From a virus, in IMG/VR virus record IMGVR_UViG_3300025543_000006, positions 1 to 34,736 of that record: a stretch of 34,736 bases of DNA. One strand, given 5' to 3'. Within the stretch, counting starts at the first letter, position 1. Each line of letters starts with the position of its first letter. Below, piece by piece: positions 1 to 8,490 of the stretch. Made by a program: the position numbers and the translations under genes. The notes under the pieces were generated by a model. That model searched no databases, was not told the origin of the DNA, and worked only from the letters and a program-made list of their open reading frames with translations.

Positions 1-127
1 CACTGCGAGGCCAATACTTTGATGGCGTCATCTTGGATGAGATTGGCGACCAGAACCCAAAGATATGGACGGACATTATTCGACCAGCGTTGTCAGACCG
101 AAAGGGTTGGTGTTCATTCATTGGTAC
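1..127. repeat. Terminal overlap, copy 1 (identical to 34610-34736). Indicates a circular or circularly permuted assembly.
   Basis: Read directly: cactgcgaggccaatactttgatggcg...gttcattcattggtac occurs at both window ends. The terL frame is continuous across the junction. Confidence 0.95.
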
Positions 128-926
128 GCCAAAGGGTCACAATCACTTTAAGGAACTGCGGGAGAGGGCTACCAAGGACGAGGGCTGGGGTTTGCTGGAG
201 TTCAAAGCCTCGGAGACTGGGGTGGTTGACGCGCAAGAGTTAAGCGCCGCCAAAGCCGAGATGGGTGAGGATAAGTACCGCCAAGAGTTTGAGTGTTCCT
301 TTGATGCCGCCGTGGAGGGTAGCTACTATGGTCAGATCCTTAATAAGCTGGAAGACGATAACCACATCCAAGACATACCCAGAGACGATATTTGTCGTAC
401 TATCACTGCTTGGGACTTGGGTATGGGTGATTCGACTTCCATTTGGGTGGCTCAAATCGCTGGCTCGGAGATTCGTCTCATTGATTACTACGAGAACCAC
501 GGGGTAGGCTTAGACAATTACGTCAAGTGGCTCAGAGATAACGATTACCACAAGGCAGAGCATATCTTGCCCCATGACGTACAGGTTCGGGAACTAGGAA
601 CAGGCAAAAGCCGTTTGGAGGTGCTTCAAGATGCAGGACTTGAGATTAGAGTTGCGCCGCGTATGTCTGTCGATGATGGCATCCAAGCCGTGCGCCGATT
701 GCTACCAAGATGCTGGTTCAATGTGCCAAAGGTGCAAATTGGACTCAATTGCCTACGCAACTACCGTAGAGCCTACGACGAAAAGCGTAAGATTTTCTTT
801 GAGCGCCCACTACATGACTGGTCAAGCCACGGCTCTGATGCCTTTCGGTATCTCGCTATTGGCTTAGACGAAACAGCGTCAACGTGGGGTGAATCTATTA
901 ACAAACCAGCAAGGTGGGTCGTTTAA
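3..926 (+). CDS. terL: Terminase large subunit, C-terminal nuclease part (continuation of 34273-34736).
   Basis: The frame is open from nt 3 (ORF track 33..926). Motifs seen are AWDLGMGDSTSIWV, HILPHD and GSDAFRYLA. The joined length 34273-34609 + 1-926 is 1263 nt, or 420 aa. Confidence 0.9.
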   Translation: MRGQYFDGVILDEIGDQNPKIWTDIIRPALSDRKGWCSFIGTPKGHNHFKELRERATKDEGWGLLEFKASETGVVDAQELSAAKAEMGEDKYRQEFECSFDAAVEGSYYGQILNKLEDDNHIQDIPRDDICRTITAWDLGMGDSTSIWVAQIAGSEIRLIDYYENHGVGLDNYVKWLRDNDYHKAEHILPHDVQVRELGTGKSRLEVLQDAGLEIRVAPRMSVDDGIQAVRRLLPRCWFNVPKVQIGLNCLRNYRRAYDEKRKIFFERPLHDWSSHGSDAFRYLAIGLDETASTWGESINKPARWVV

Positions 927-1105
927 TGTACTTAATGCCGCAAGGGAATACCGAGGCCAGATTGAAGCAAATGGAACAGCGTTTACAGGTTGTGGAAAAT
1001 CTGTTAAATGACTTACAATTAAGCAACAAGCCAAAGCGGGGCAGACCGCCAAAGGAACAAGATGGACACGAATCAGCTAAAGGCGATTCTCGAAGCCGAG
1101 ATTGA
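926..1105 (+). CDS. Small hypothetical protein with a coiled-coil segment and a KRGRPPK basic tail.
   Basis: ATG 926 overlaps the terL stop (TAATG), in the frame of track ORF 914..1105. It overlaps the portal start by 44 nt. Confidence 0.4.
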   Translation: MYLMPQGNTEARLKQMEQRLQVVENLLNDLQLSNKPKRGRPPKEQDGHESAKGDSRSRD

Positions 1106-3173
1106 TGACGCCATTGGTTTTATAGAAACCGAAACAGTATCAGACCGCAAGTACGCCTTGCAGTCTTACCTACGTCAGCCTTACGGCAACGAGGTAGAGG
1201 GTAAGTCTTCTATTGTTACTGGCGAGGTCGCAGAGGCCATTGATGGCGCTTTACCTGCGCTGGTGCGTATCTTTACAGCCTCTGATGAGGTTGCTCAGTT
1301 TGACCCAGTAGCCGCTGGTGATGAGCCAACCGCCAAGCAAGCTACCGATTACTGCAACTACATCTTGTTAAAAGACAACGATGGCGTGATGATTTTCCAT
1401 GACTGGTTCAAGGACGCGCTGTTGCAGAAGAACGGCATTGTTAAGGCTTACTGGGAAGACAAAGAGGACGTTACCAAAGAATCCTACGAGGGCTTGAGTG
1501 ACGATGAATTAGCGATGCTAATGAGCGACAAGGAAGTCGAAGTAGTAGAGCAGGATAGTCAAGAGTTTCCCGTCTTAGACCAGATGGGTATGCCTGCGGT
1601 TGGCCCAGATGGTATGCCAATGATGTACGGCATACACAACATCACGGTCAAGAAGAAGATGAAGTCTGGTCGGGTGCAGGTTGAGAATGTGCCGCCAGAG
1701 GAGTTCATTATCAGCAAGAAGGCGCGCAAGATGGCAGACTCGCCATTTGTTGCACACCGACGCATTATCAGCCGTGGTGACTTGATTGCTATGGGCTTTG
1801 ACAAGGACGTGGTTGAAGGTTTGCCAATTGGCGACACGTTGACCTACAACCCAGAGCGCGTTATCCGCTATGAGCAGAGCGAACAGCCTGAAGACAACCA
1901 AAGCCTTGACCCTGCGATGCAGGACATTGAGGTCTACGAGTGCTACATCCGGGCTGACATGGATGATGATGGCATTGCTGAGTTGCGCCAAGTCTTTTAC
2001 GCTGGCAACGAAATTCTGAGCGAAGAAGAAACGGACTATGTGCCGTTCTACTCCATTTGCCCGATTCCAATCCCTCACAAGTTCTTTGGGCAGTCATTTG
2101 CTGACCGCACCACAGACATTCAGCTAATCAAGACGACTATCCTGCGTCAGATGTTGGATAACCTGTATTTGACCAACAATGCCCGAGTGGTGGCGGTTGA
2201 AGGTCAAGTCAACCTTGATGACCTATTGACCAGTACGGCAGGCGGCGTTATTCGCGCCAAGTCACAGGGCGCTGTACAGCAGTTAAATGTGCAGTCTATT
2301 GCGTCTCAGTCATTCCCGATGTTGGAGTACTTAGACCAGACAGCGGCGAAGCGCACAGGTGTTTCTGATGCGTCTCAGGGCTTAGACCCAGCCATCCTGC
2401 AAAACGTTACTGCGGCGGCTGTCGCCTCCATGCAACAAGCTGGTGCTGGCAAGATTGAGATGGTTGCGCGCATCTTTGCTGAGACGGGTGTTAAGGACTT
2501 GTTCAAAGGCATCATGCACTTGGTTACTAAGTACCAGAACAAAGACCGCATCATTCGTTTGCGTAACGAGTACATCCCCATCGACCCGCGCACTTGGGCG
2601 ACCGAGTACGATATATCTGTGAACGTTGGCTTAGGCGCTGGCAACCGTCAAGAGCAAATGGCGATGCTGAGTATGATTGTGCAGAAGCAAGAGCAGTTGC
2701 TTGGTGCGTTTGGAATGGCTAACCCTTACGTCAGCCCTGCCCAGTACCGCAACACGCTTGGTCGCATGGTTGAGGCGGCAGGCTTCAAGGACTCTGCTGA
2801 GTTCTATAAGGCTATCCCTCCAGAGATGGATCAGCAATTGCAGAACCCTCCTCCACAGCAACAGCAGGCCGACCCAATGGCTCAGGCGGCTATGGCTAAG
2901 ATGCAGGCTGATATTCAGGCGTCACAGGCTAAAGCGCAGGCTGACCTGCAAACCCAGCAAGCCAAGGCACAGGCTGACATTCAGTTGGCACGCGAAAAGG
3001 CGGCGGCTGACTTGCAACTCCAACGTGAGAAGTTTGCCGCGCAGATGGACTTTGACCGCCAGAAGCTAGTGGCTGAACTGCAAATGAAGCAACAAGAGTT
3101 CGAGGCTGAAGTGCAGATAAAGGCTTCTAAGGTCGCCGCTGGCATTACTTCTAACGTTGAGATTCCGGGCTAA
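1062..3173 (+). CDS. Portal protein with a long Q/A-rich helical C-terminal extension.
   Basis: 703 aa directly after terL, a size and position typical of podovirus portals. The C-terminal ~115 aa are Gln/Ala-rich with 11-aa tandem repeats. Confidence 0.85.
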   Translation: MDTNQLKAILEAEIDDAIGFIETETVSDRKYALQSYLRQPYGNEVEGKSSIVTGEVAEAIDGALPALVRIFTASDEVAQFDPVAAGDEPTAKQATDYCNYILLKDNDGVMIFHDWFKDALLQKNGIVKAYWEDKEDVTKESYEGLSDDELAMLMSDKEVEVVEQDSQEFPVLDQMGMPAVGPDGMPMMYGIHNITVKKKMKSGRVQVENVPPEEFIISKKARKMADSPFVAHRRIISRGDLIAMGFDKDVVEGLPIGDTLTYNPERVIRYEQSEQPEDNQSLDPAMQDIEVYECYIRADMDDDGIAELRQVFYAGNEILSEEETDYVPFYSICPIPIPHKFFGQSFADRTTDIQLIKTTILRQMLDNLYLTNNARVVAVEGQVNLDDLLTSTAGGVIRAKSQGAVQQLNVQSIASQSFPMLEYLDQTAAKRTGVSDASQGLDPAILQNVTAAAVASMQQAGAGKIEMVARIFAETGVKDLFKGIMHLVTKYQNKDRIIRLRNEYIPIDPRTWATEYDISVNVGLGAGNRQEQMAMLSMIVQKQEQLLGAFGMANPYVSPAQYRNTLGRMVEAAGFKDSAEFYKAIPPEMDQQLQNPPPQQQQADPMAQAAMAKMQADIQASQAKAQADLQTQQAKAQADIQLAREKAAADLQLQREKFAAQMDFDRQKLVAELQMKQQEFEAEVQIKASKVAAGITSNVEIPG

Positions 3174-3177
3174 TACT

Positions 3178-4860
3178 ATGGCAGATAACTTTGCATCATA
3201 TTTTCCTGTAACTGTCACAGGTGGTACAACCAACCCGATGGCAGGTGCTGAGACGGTGCAAGGCCAGAACCCACAGGCATTAGGGTTAGACCCTATATTA
3301 GCGGCAATCCAAAGCCAATATACTCCACAGACATTCACACAATCAGGAGGTAGTTATGGGGCTGGAAGATTTATTGATGATGGTTCTAGCGTTGCTGGAG
3401 TTGGCTCGAATTTAGGCGGCAACGTTGCGCCGTCTTGGTTTAAGCAAGGCGACTTTGATTTGGCTAGTTTTCAAAAAGCACTGCCATCTGAAGTTGTAAA
3501 CAAAATCTCGACTGGAGACCTTTACGGCGGCGAGGGCGAGAGCGCGGTTGGTAATGTTGGAAACCAAGCGTGGATGGATGACCCGTATTCTGGGTTGTTT
3601 AACCAAGTACCTAACAGCGTTATGTCGTTGTTTGGTAGGGCGGTTCCATTTGCTGGTCTTGCGCTTGGGGCGGCACAAGGGTATAGCGGAGCAACAGCCG
3701 CAAACGCTTTGCAAGCGGACATGGAGGCTTGGGGCGGTCAGCCTAACGTAGCCGCTGACCCAGTCACGTCTGCGCTTATGGGGGCGTTTGGACAGACGCC
3801 TGAAGGCTTGGAGAACGCGCTTGGTTTTGCTAGTAACTTTGCTGACTCTGCCGCTATGGTGGGTTATATGGACGCGGTATCAGACCCGTCCGTTCAAGCA
3901 ATTACAGACGCAGTAATGACGGCCCAACTTGGTCAAACCTCTAACTCATATTCGGCTAACGAATATGGGGTTACGGCGGCATCAATTAGCAATGCTATTG
4001 AGTCTAATGTTGCCTCTGGTATGACTAAGGGCGAGGCTGTTCAATCCGTTGCGCTAGAGATGGGTGTTCCTGCGTCTTATGCGGCTACGTTATCAGCCAA
4101 CTTAAACACGCAAGACCCAATAGGCGCTTTGATTGCCAACTTAGAGGCAAGTACACCTGCCGCAATTGCTAGTCAGCAAGCGCAATCACTTCAAAACGCT
4201 TTGAATGCTTGGACGGAATCAGAGACAGCGGCGGCTGGCGTCACAGATGCACCCTACGGCGGTTCTGTCACCGACGGCTCTGGGGGTGTTGTTACTGATA
4301 GTAGCGGCAATCCAATCGCATACGGCGAGGGACACGCTAATGCGGCGGCGGCAGACGCGGCGTCACAGGCGGCGGCTGAAGCGGCTTACGCTGAGGCGGC
4401 GGCGGCAAACGCGGCGGCGGACGCCTCGGCATCAAGCGGCAATGTCAGCATAGGAGGTCAAGCCGCCGCATCAGGCTCGGGTCACGGCCCAGATGGAGCC
4501 ACGGCTCCTGATGCAGTAGATGCGCCCTCTGGGGATGGCGGCGGCGATGGCGATGGCAGTTGTGTTATAGCTACGCACGCCGTAAACAGCGGGAACTTTA
4601 CAAAGCGAGAAAAACAAAAGGCTGTTGTGTGGTGCGTTAAGACCTTGCATAACCGCTGGTGGGGTGAATCAATCCGTAGGGGATACAGATTTTACGGCAA
4701 TCGCGCAATTAAGTCTGGCGAGGCTCACCAGTATTACGACGAGTTTAGGGACTTTGTTCGGTTTGCCACGGGGACAAAGCGCAATGCCAAAACAGCTAAA
4801 ACATTTTTGTGGCGCTCTGTGCAGTTTTTTGTTACTGGCCTGTTTCTGAAAGAGGATTGA
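3178..4860 (+). CDS. Hypothetical 560-aa Ala/Gly/Ser-rich head-module protein with a Cys-containing C-terminal domain and a terminal hydrophobic helix.
   Basis: ATG 3178 lies 5 nt after the portal stop, in the track 3157..4860 frame. It has GCG/GCN-repeat DNA at about 4325-4440 and a GDGGGDGDGS linker. The C-terminus reads CVIATHAVNSGNF...VVWC...FLWRSVQFFVTGLFL. Confidence 0.7.
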   Translation: MADNFASYFPVTVTGGTTNPMAGAETVQGQNPQALGLDPILAAIQSQYTPQTFTQSGGSYGAGRFIDDGSSVAGVGSNLGGNVAPSWFKQGDFDLASFQKALPSEVVNKISTGDLYGGEGESAVGNVGNQAWMDDPYSGLFNQVPNSVMSLFGRAVPFAGLALGAAQGYSGATAANALQADMEAWGGQPNVAADPVTSALMGAFGQTPEGLENALGFASNFADSAAMVGYMDAVSDPSVQAITDAVMTAQLGQTSNSYSANEYGVTAASISNAIESNVASGMTKGEAVQSVALEMGVPASYAATLSANLNTQDPIGALIANLEASTPAAIASQQAQSLQNALNAWTESETAAAGVTDAPYGGSVTDGSGGVVTDSSGNPIAYGEGHANAAAADAASQAAAEAAYAEAAAANAAADASASSGNVSIGGQAAASGSGHGPDGATAPDAVDAPSGDGGGDGDGSCVIATHAVNSGNFTKREKQKAVVWCVKTLHNRWWGESIRRGYRFYGNRAIKSGEAHQYYDEFRDFVRFATGTKRNAKTAKTFLWRSVQFFVTGLFLKED

Positions 4861-5090
4861 TGCTAAAAAGCGAACGCGCTCAACTACTGCTAGAGGACGA
4901 GTTTTTCACAGAAGTCATCAATGATTTGAAAAACTCAAAGATTAGTGACATAATAAGCACTAATGAGGGCGATGTAGAGGCAAGGGAACGTGCTTACACC
5001 GTCATCAAGACTCTTGACTTAATCATGGGACATATTGAAAGCCTAGCGGCTGACTCCAAGATTAAGGACAAGAAGTGGAAGATTTTGTAA
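4860..5090 (+). CDS. Hypothetical 76-aa protein.
   Basis: ATG 4860 overlaps the upstream TGA (TGATG), preceded by AGAGGA. It is an internal start of track ORF 4809..5090. Confidence 0.6.
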   Translation: MLKSERAQLLLEDEFFTEVINDLKNSKISDIISTNEGDVEARERAYTVIKTLDLIMGHIESLAADSKIKDKKWKIL

Positions 5091-5144
5091 CCGTATGGGT
5101 TGCAACCGTTAGCAGACGGATTCTGTTGATAACTGGACTGACTT

Positions 5145-6125
5145 ATGGATGACACCAACCCTAACGGGAGTGAACCATTAAATGTAAATTCTGCGGCATC
5201 TGCCTTTCTTGGGCTGATGGGTGATGACAGCGGAGCCGATGAAGGCCAACCTGCTGGAGAACCCGTAGACGAGAATGACGATGTTGTCGAAGCATCTGAC
5301 GAAGACTCAGAGGTGGAATACACCGAAGAATCGGATGAAGATGTGGAAGAAGCTGTTGATGCTGAACCTGAAACCCAAAAGTTTAAGGTGAAAGCGGCTG
5401 GCGAGGAGGTAGAGGTTGACCTCGATGAACTCATTAGCGGCTACCAGCGTAGCAAGGATTACACTCAGAAGTCACAAGCACTAGCCGACCAGCGCAAGGA
5501 AATTGAAGCCGAGCGTGCGAAGGTATCAGAAGTGCAAAAAGAGCGTGAGGTCTATGCCCAGCGCCTACAAGCAATTGACCAGTTCCTTGGTCAGCAAATG
5601 GGCAATGAGGTTGACCTGACAACTCTAAAGGAAACAGACCCAATCGGCTATGCCGTGAAGGTTGCCGAGCGAACTGAACTTGAGAAGCGCCGCGCAGTAA
5701 TTAACACAGAACAGCAACGCCTTGCCGAAAAGCAACAAGCCGAGCGTAATGAGCAGTTACAGACGCACTTGCAACAAGAGTCCCAGTTGATGACGCAGGC
5801 TATCCCAGAGTTAGCTGGTGAAAAAGGAAATAGCGTTAAGAAAGAAATAATGTCTTACGCTAAGTCCATTGGATTCAGAGACCAAGAGTTGAGTGCGATT
5901 TATGACCACCGCGCCGTGTTGTCTTTGTATAAGGCAATGAAGTACGATGCTTTACAGAAGTCTAAGCCTGAAGCACTGAAACGAGTGCAGTCAGCACCTA
6001 AGACCATGAAGGCAGGTTCTTCAAACCCTCCTACCAAGTCATCACAAGATAAAAAAGTGATGCAGAAGTTGCGTCAATCGGGCAAAGTCCGTGATGCGGC
6101 AAATGCTTTTGAACGATTCTTGTAA
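5145..6125 (+). CDS. Putative scaffolding protein.
   Basis: 326 aa immediately upstream of the capsid gene. It has a very acidic N-terminus (DEDSEVEYTEESDEDVEEAVDAE) followed by a long charged helical region. Confidence 0.6.
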   Translation: MDDTNPNGSEPLNVNSAASAFLGLMGDDSGADEGQPAGEPVDENDDVVEASDEDSEVEYTEESDEDVEEAVDAEPETQKFKVKAAGEEVEVDLDELISGYQRSKDYTQKSQALADQRKEIEAERAKVSEVQKEREVYAQRLQAIDQFLGQQMGNEVDLTTLKETDPIGYAVKVAERTELEKRRAVINTEQQRLAEKQQAERNEQLQTHLQQESQLMTQAIPELAGEKGNSVKKEIMSYAKSIGFRDQELSAIYDHRAVLSLYKAMKYDALQKSKPEALKRVQSAPKTMKAGSSNPPTKSSQDKKVMQKLRQSGKVRDAANAFERFL

Positions 6126-6143
6126 TTTTTTGGAGTATCAAAA

Positions 6144-7091
6144 ATGGCTACCTATCAAACATATACCGCTATCGGTCAGCGTGAAGACCTGTCAGACATT
6201 ATCTACAACATCAGCCCCACTGACACGCCTCTTATGTCTTCCATTGGCAAGACTAAGGCTACGGCTGTCTACCATGAGTGGCAAGTAGACTCACTCGCAG
6301 ATGCGTCACTAAGCAACGCCGCTGTTGAAGGTGCAGATGCGACTTCCGCTACTATGGGCGTCACGACCCGCGCTGGCAACCGGACCCAAATTTTCCAAAA
6401 GACCGTGCAAATCGCCGGGACGTTGGAAGCTGTGGACAAAGCTGGTCGCAAGTCTGAAAAGGCTTACCAGTTGGCTAAAGCCTCTAGCGAAGTCAAGCGC
6501 GACATGGAATTGACCCTATTGAGCAACCAAGTTGCATCAAACGGCAACAGTTCTACTGCTCGCACAATGGGTGGTTTGCAGTCATGGTTGAACACCAACG
6601 GTGATTTCGGTACTTCTGGCGTGGCTGGTGCTAATGGCACTACTGCTCGCGTTGACGGTACTGACCGCACTTTTGACGAAGCTACCCTCAAGACTGTTGT
6701 CAAGGAAGTCTACCAGTCTGGTGGCAACCCCAAGGTGCTGATGGTCAACCCTGCTCACAAGCAGTTGGTCTCTGCCTTTGCTGGTATCGCCGCACAGCGT
6801 TACATGGCTCCTAGCAACGAAGCAACGACCATCATCGGCGCGGCTGACGTTTACCTCAGCGATTTCGGCTCGATGTCCGTCGTTCCTAATCGTTTTATGA
6901 ACGCCGCCAACTCTTGTGATGAGACGGCTTTTGTTATCGACCCAGATATGCTGGCAATTGCCTACCTGCGTCCTTTCTCAACCAACGAATTGGCTAAAAC
7001 TGGTGACTCTGAGAAGACTCAGTTGATCTGTGAAGCCACTTTGGAAGTTAAGAACGAGGCCGCACACGGCATCATTGCTGACTTGTCATAA
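6144..7091 (+). CDS. Major capsid protein (HK97 fold, phiEco32/SU10-type family).
   Basis: 315 aa. The N-terminal signature REDLSDIIYNISPTDTPLMSSIGKTKATAVYHEWQVDSLA matches my memory of SU10_MCP-like coat proteins. A strong terminator follows. Confidence 0.85.
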   Translation: MATYQTYTAIGQREDLSDIIYNISPTDTPLMSSIGKTKATAVYHEWQVDSLADASLSNAAVEGADATSATMGVTTRAGNRTQIFQKTVQIAGTLEAVDKAGRKSEKAYQLAKASSEVKRDMELTLLSNQVASNGNSSTARTMGGLQSWLNTNGDFGTSGVAGANGTTARVDGTDRTFDEATLKTVVKEVYQSGGNPKVLMVNPAHKQLVSAFAGIAAQRYMAPSNEATTIIGAADVYLSDFGSMSVVPNRFMNAANSCDETAFVIDPDMLAIAYLRPFSTNELAKTGDSEKTQLICEATLEVKNEAAHGIIADLS

Positions 7092-7107
7092 GTTGAAGCG
7101 ATAGGAG

Positions 7108-7144
7108 AGAAGCCTCAGATCACAAGTCTGGGGCTTTTTTCTTT
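7108..7144 (+). terminator. Rho-independent terminator after the capsid gene.
   Basis: Stem AGCCTCAGA (7111-7119) pairs with TCTGGGGCT (7127-7135), with one G-U pair and loop TCACAAG. It is followed by TTTTTTCTTT. Confidence 0.8.
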
Positions 7145-7169
7145 AGCAAAATACGGCTAAAATATCAAT

Positions 7170-7481
7170 ATGGAAAATACTGAATTTCGTAGAACGGTTG
7201 CTCACGCTGATGGCGATGGTGGTGTCATCTACGAAACACGCCAAGACGTAACCGCAATCATTGAGCAAAACAAAAAAGAGTTTAATCAGTACGATGAGCG
7301 TGCCAAGTGGTCAGGCGAGGTTTATGGCAACAAGGTGGCCTCTATCCCGTTGACTGTTATTGATGACCTAAACAAGCAAGGCATCATGCGTGGATTCCAT
7401 GTGTTAGACGAGAAAAGATTTCGTTCATGGCTAAATAATCCTGACAATCGTTTCTTCCGAACAAGATCGGGGACTATATGA
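7170..7481 (+). CDS. Hypothetical virion-module protein (103 aa).
   Basis: Track ORF. It has an ATGA overlap with the next gene. No clear SD. Confidence 0.6.
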   Translation: MENTEFRRTVAHADGDGGVIYETRQDVTAIIEQNKKEFNQYDERAKWSGEVYGNKVASIPLTVIDDLNKQGIMRGFHVLDEKRFRSWLNNPDNRFFRTRSGTI

Positions 7482-8092
7482 GTCTTACCAACTATTCAGA
7501 CCTGAAAACGTCAGTCGCCAACTACTTGGCTCGCACTGACCTAACAGATCAAATACCAGACTTTATTCGTTTGGCTGAGTACCGTATGCGCCGTGAGGTG
7601 CGTATTCGCCAGATGCTGAAGTCAGTAACAACGACAACAGATTCAGGAGACTCTACGGTTGAAATGCCATCAGACTTTCTTGAGGTTCGTGACTTTGTAG
7701 TTGTTGGCAATCCTACACAGTCGTTGAATTATTTTTCGCCGTCTGCGCTTTCTCGCAACGCAAACAGTTCAACAAGCGGAAAGCCAATTGAGTACACTAT
7801 TTTGGCAGATGAGTTTCAGTTAGCACCAATACCAAGTGCCGTCTACACGGTTCAGCTACTGTACTATGCCGCACCAGAACTCTTGGGGGATGCAAATGCG
7901 TCTAATGTGTTTATGGCTAACGTTCCTGATATGTTGCTGTACGCCTCATTGATTGAGGCCGAACCCTACCTAATGAATGACGCTAGGTTGCAGACATGGA
8001 TTGCCATGTATGAACGCGCCTCGGCTTCAGTCACAAAGTCTGACGAATCAAGTCAGTATTCTGGTGTCCCACTAGCAATTAAAGCAGTTTAA
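7478..8092 (+). CDS. Putative head-tail adaptor or head-completion protein.
   Basis: 204 aa. The position matches P22 gp4-type adaptors. The N-terminus YSDLKTSVANYLARTDLTDQIPDFIRLAEYRMRREVRIRQM resembles adaptor families, from memory. Confidence 0.45.
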   Translation: MSLTNYSDLKTSVANYLARTDLTDQIPDFIRLAEYRMRREVRIRQMLKSVTTTTDSGDSTVEMPSDFLEVRDFVVVGNPTQSLNYFSPSALSRNANSSTSGKPIEYTILADEFQLAPIPSAVYTVQLLYYAAPELLGDANASNVFMANVPDMLLYASLIEAEPYLMNDARLQTWIAMYERASASVTKSDESSQYSGVPLAIKAV

Positions 8093-8102
8093 GGAGTTTT
8101 CT

Positions 8103-8489
8103 ATGTCTGCAATGAGTAATTATTTAGAAGACGCATTGGTAAGCGCTACCTTGCGTAACACAGCGTACACAAGTCCAGCTACCGTTTACGTCGGTCTGTT
8201 TACATCTGACCCAACCGACGCGGGTACTGGCACAGAAGTTTCTGGAGGCTCTTATGCTAGGCGTCCAGCAACGTTTGCCGCGCCGTCAAACGGTGTGTCA
8301 GCAACCGATGCTGATGTTGATTTTGCTCAAGCCACTGGTGCATGGGGTACAGTCGGATGGTTTGGCATTTTTGATGCGTCATCTTCTGGCAACTTGATGT
8401 ATCACGGCGCTTTAGTCACCAGCAAGGCTATTGAGATTGGCGACTCTTTCAGCATTTCATCAGGCAACTTAACAGTTACATTGGCTTAA
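8103..8489 (+). CDS. Hypothetical virion protein (128 aa).
   Basis: Track ORF with a GGAG upstream, tightly packed with its neighbours. Confidence 0.6.
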   Translation: MSAMSNYLEDALVSATLRNTAYTSPATVYVGLFTSDPTDAGTGTEVSGGSYARRPATFAAPSNGVSATDADVDFAQATGAWGTVGWFGIFDASSSGNLMYHGALVTSKAIEIGDSFSISSGNLTVTLA

Positions 8490-8490
8490 C

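Noticed and set aside
1575-2078. Long antisense ORFs inside structural or replication genes: 1575..2078, 4994..5434, 19937..20464, 28168..28734 and 33925..34371, all on the - strand.
   Set aside because: Each lies entirely opposite a longer ORF with recognisable motifs or good gene context. Their translations are low-complexity (Ser/Arg/Leu-rich), lack SD sequences and break the otherwise strict operon strand polarity.
4205-4453. An Arg-rich 82-aa ORF in an alternative + frame.
   Set aside because: It is an artefact of reading the GCG/GCN (poly-Ala) repeat region out of frame. It has no SD and lies wholly inside a longer, supported ORF.
4546-4580. GS|CVIATHA could be an intein/Hint N-terminal splice junction or an autoproteolytic site.
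   Set aside because: The downstream sequence lacks the other Hint blocks: there is no TxxH block B and no C-terminal HN. The domain is only ~105 aa, and there is no extein continuation after it.
5091-5144. The palindrome GGTTGCAACC and the direct AACCGT repeats upstream of the scaffold gene could be a regulatory site.
   Set aside because: It is a 10-bp self-complementary sequence with no loop and no second copy elsewhere. No promoter-like hexamers are nearby, so it is indistinguishable from chance by eye.
7141-7169. TAAAAT upstream of 7170 could be a restart promoter after the capsid terminator.
   Set aside because: There is no acceptable -35 and no TG extension. The -10-like hexamer is only ~8 nt from the ATG, leaving no room for a leader or SD. 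Partial read-through of the terminator is the simpler explanation.
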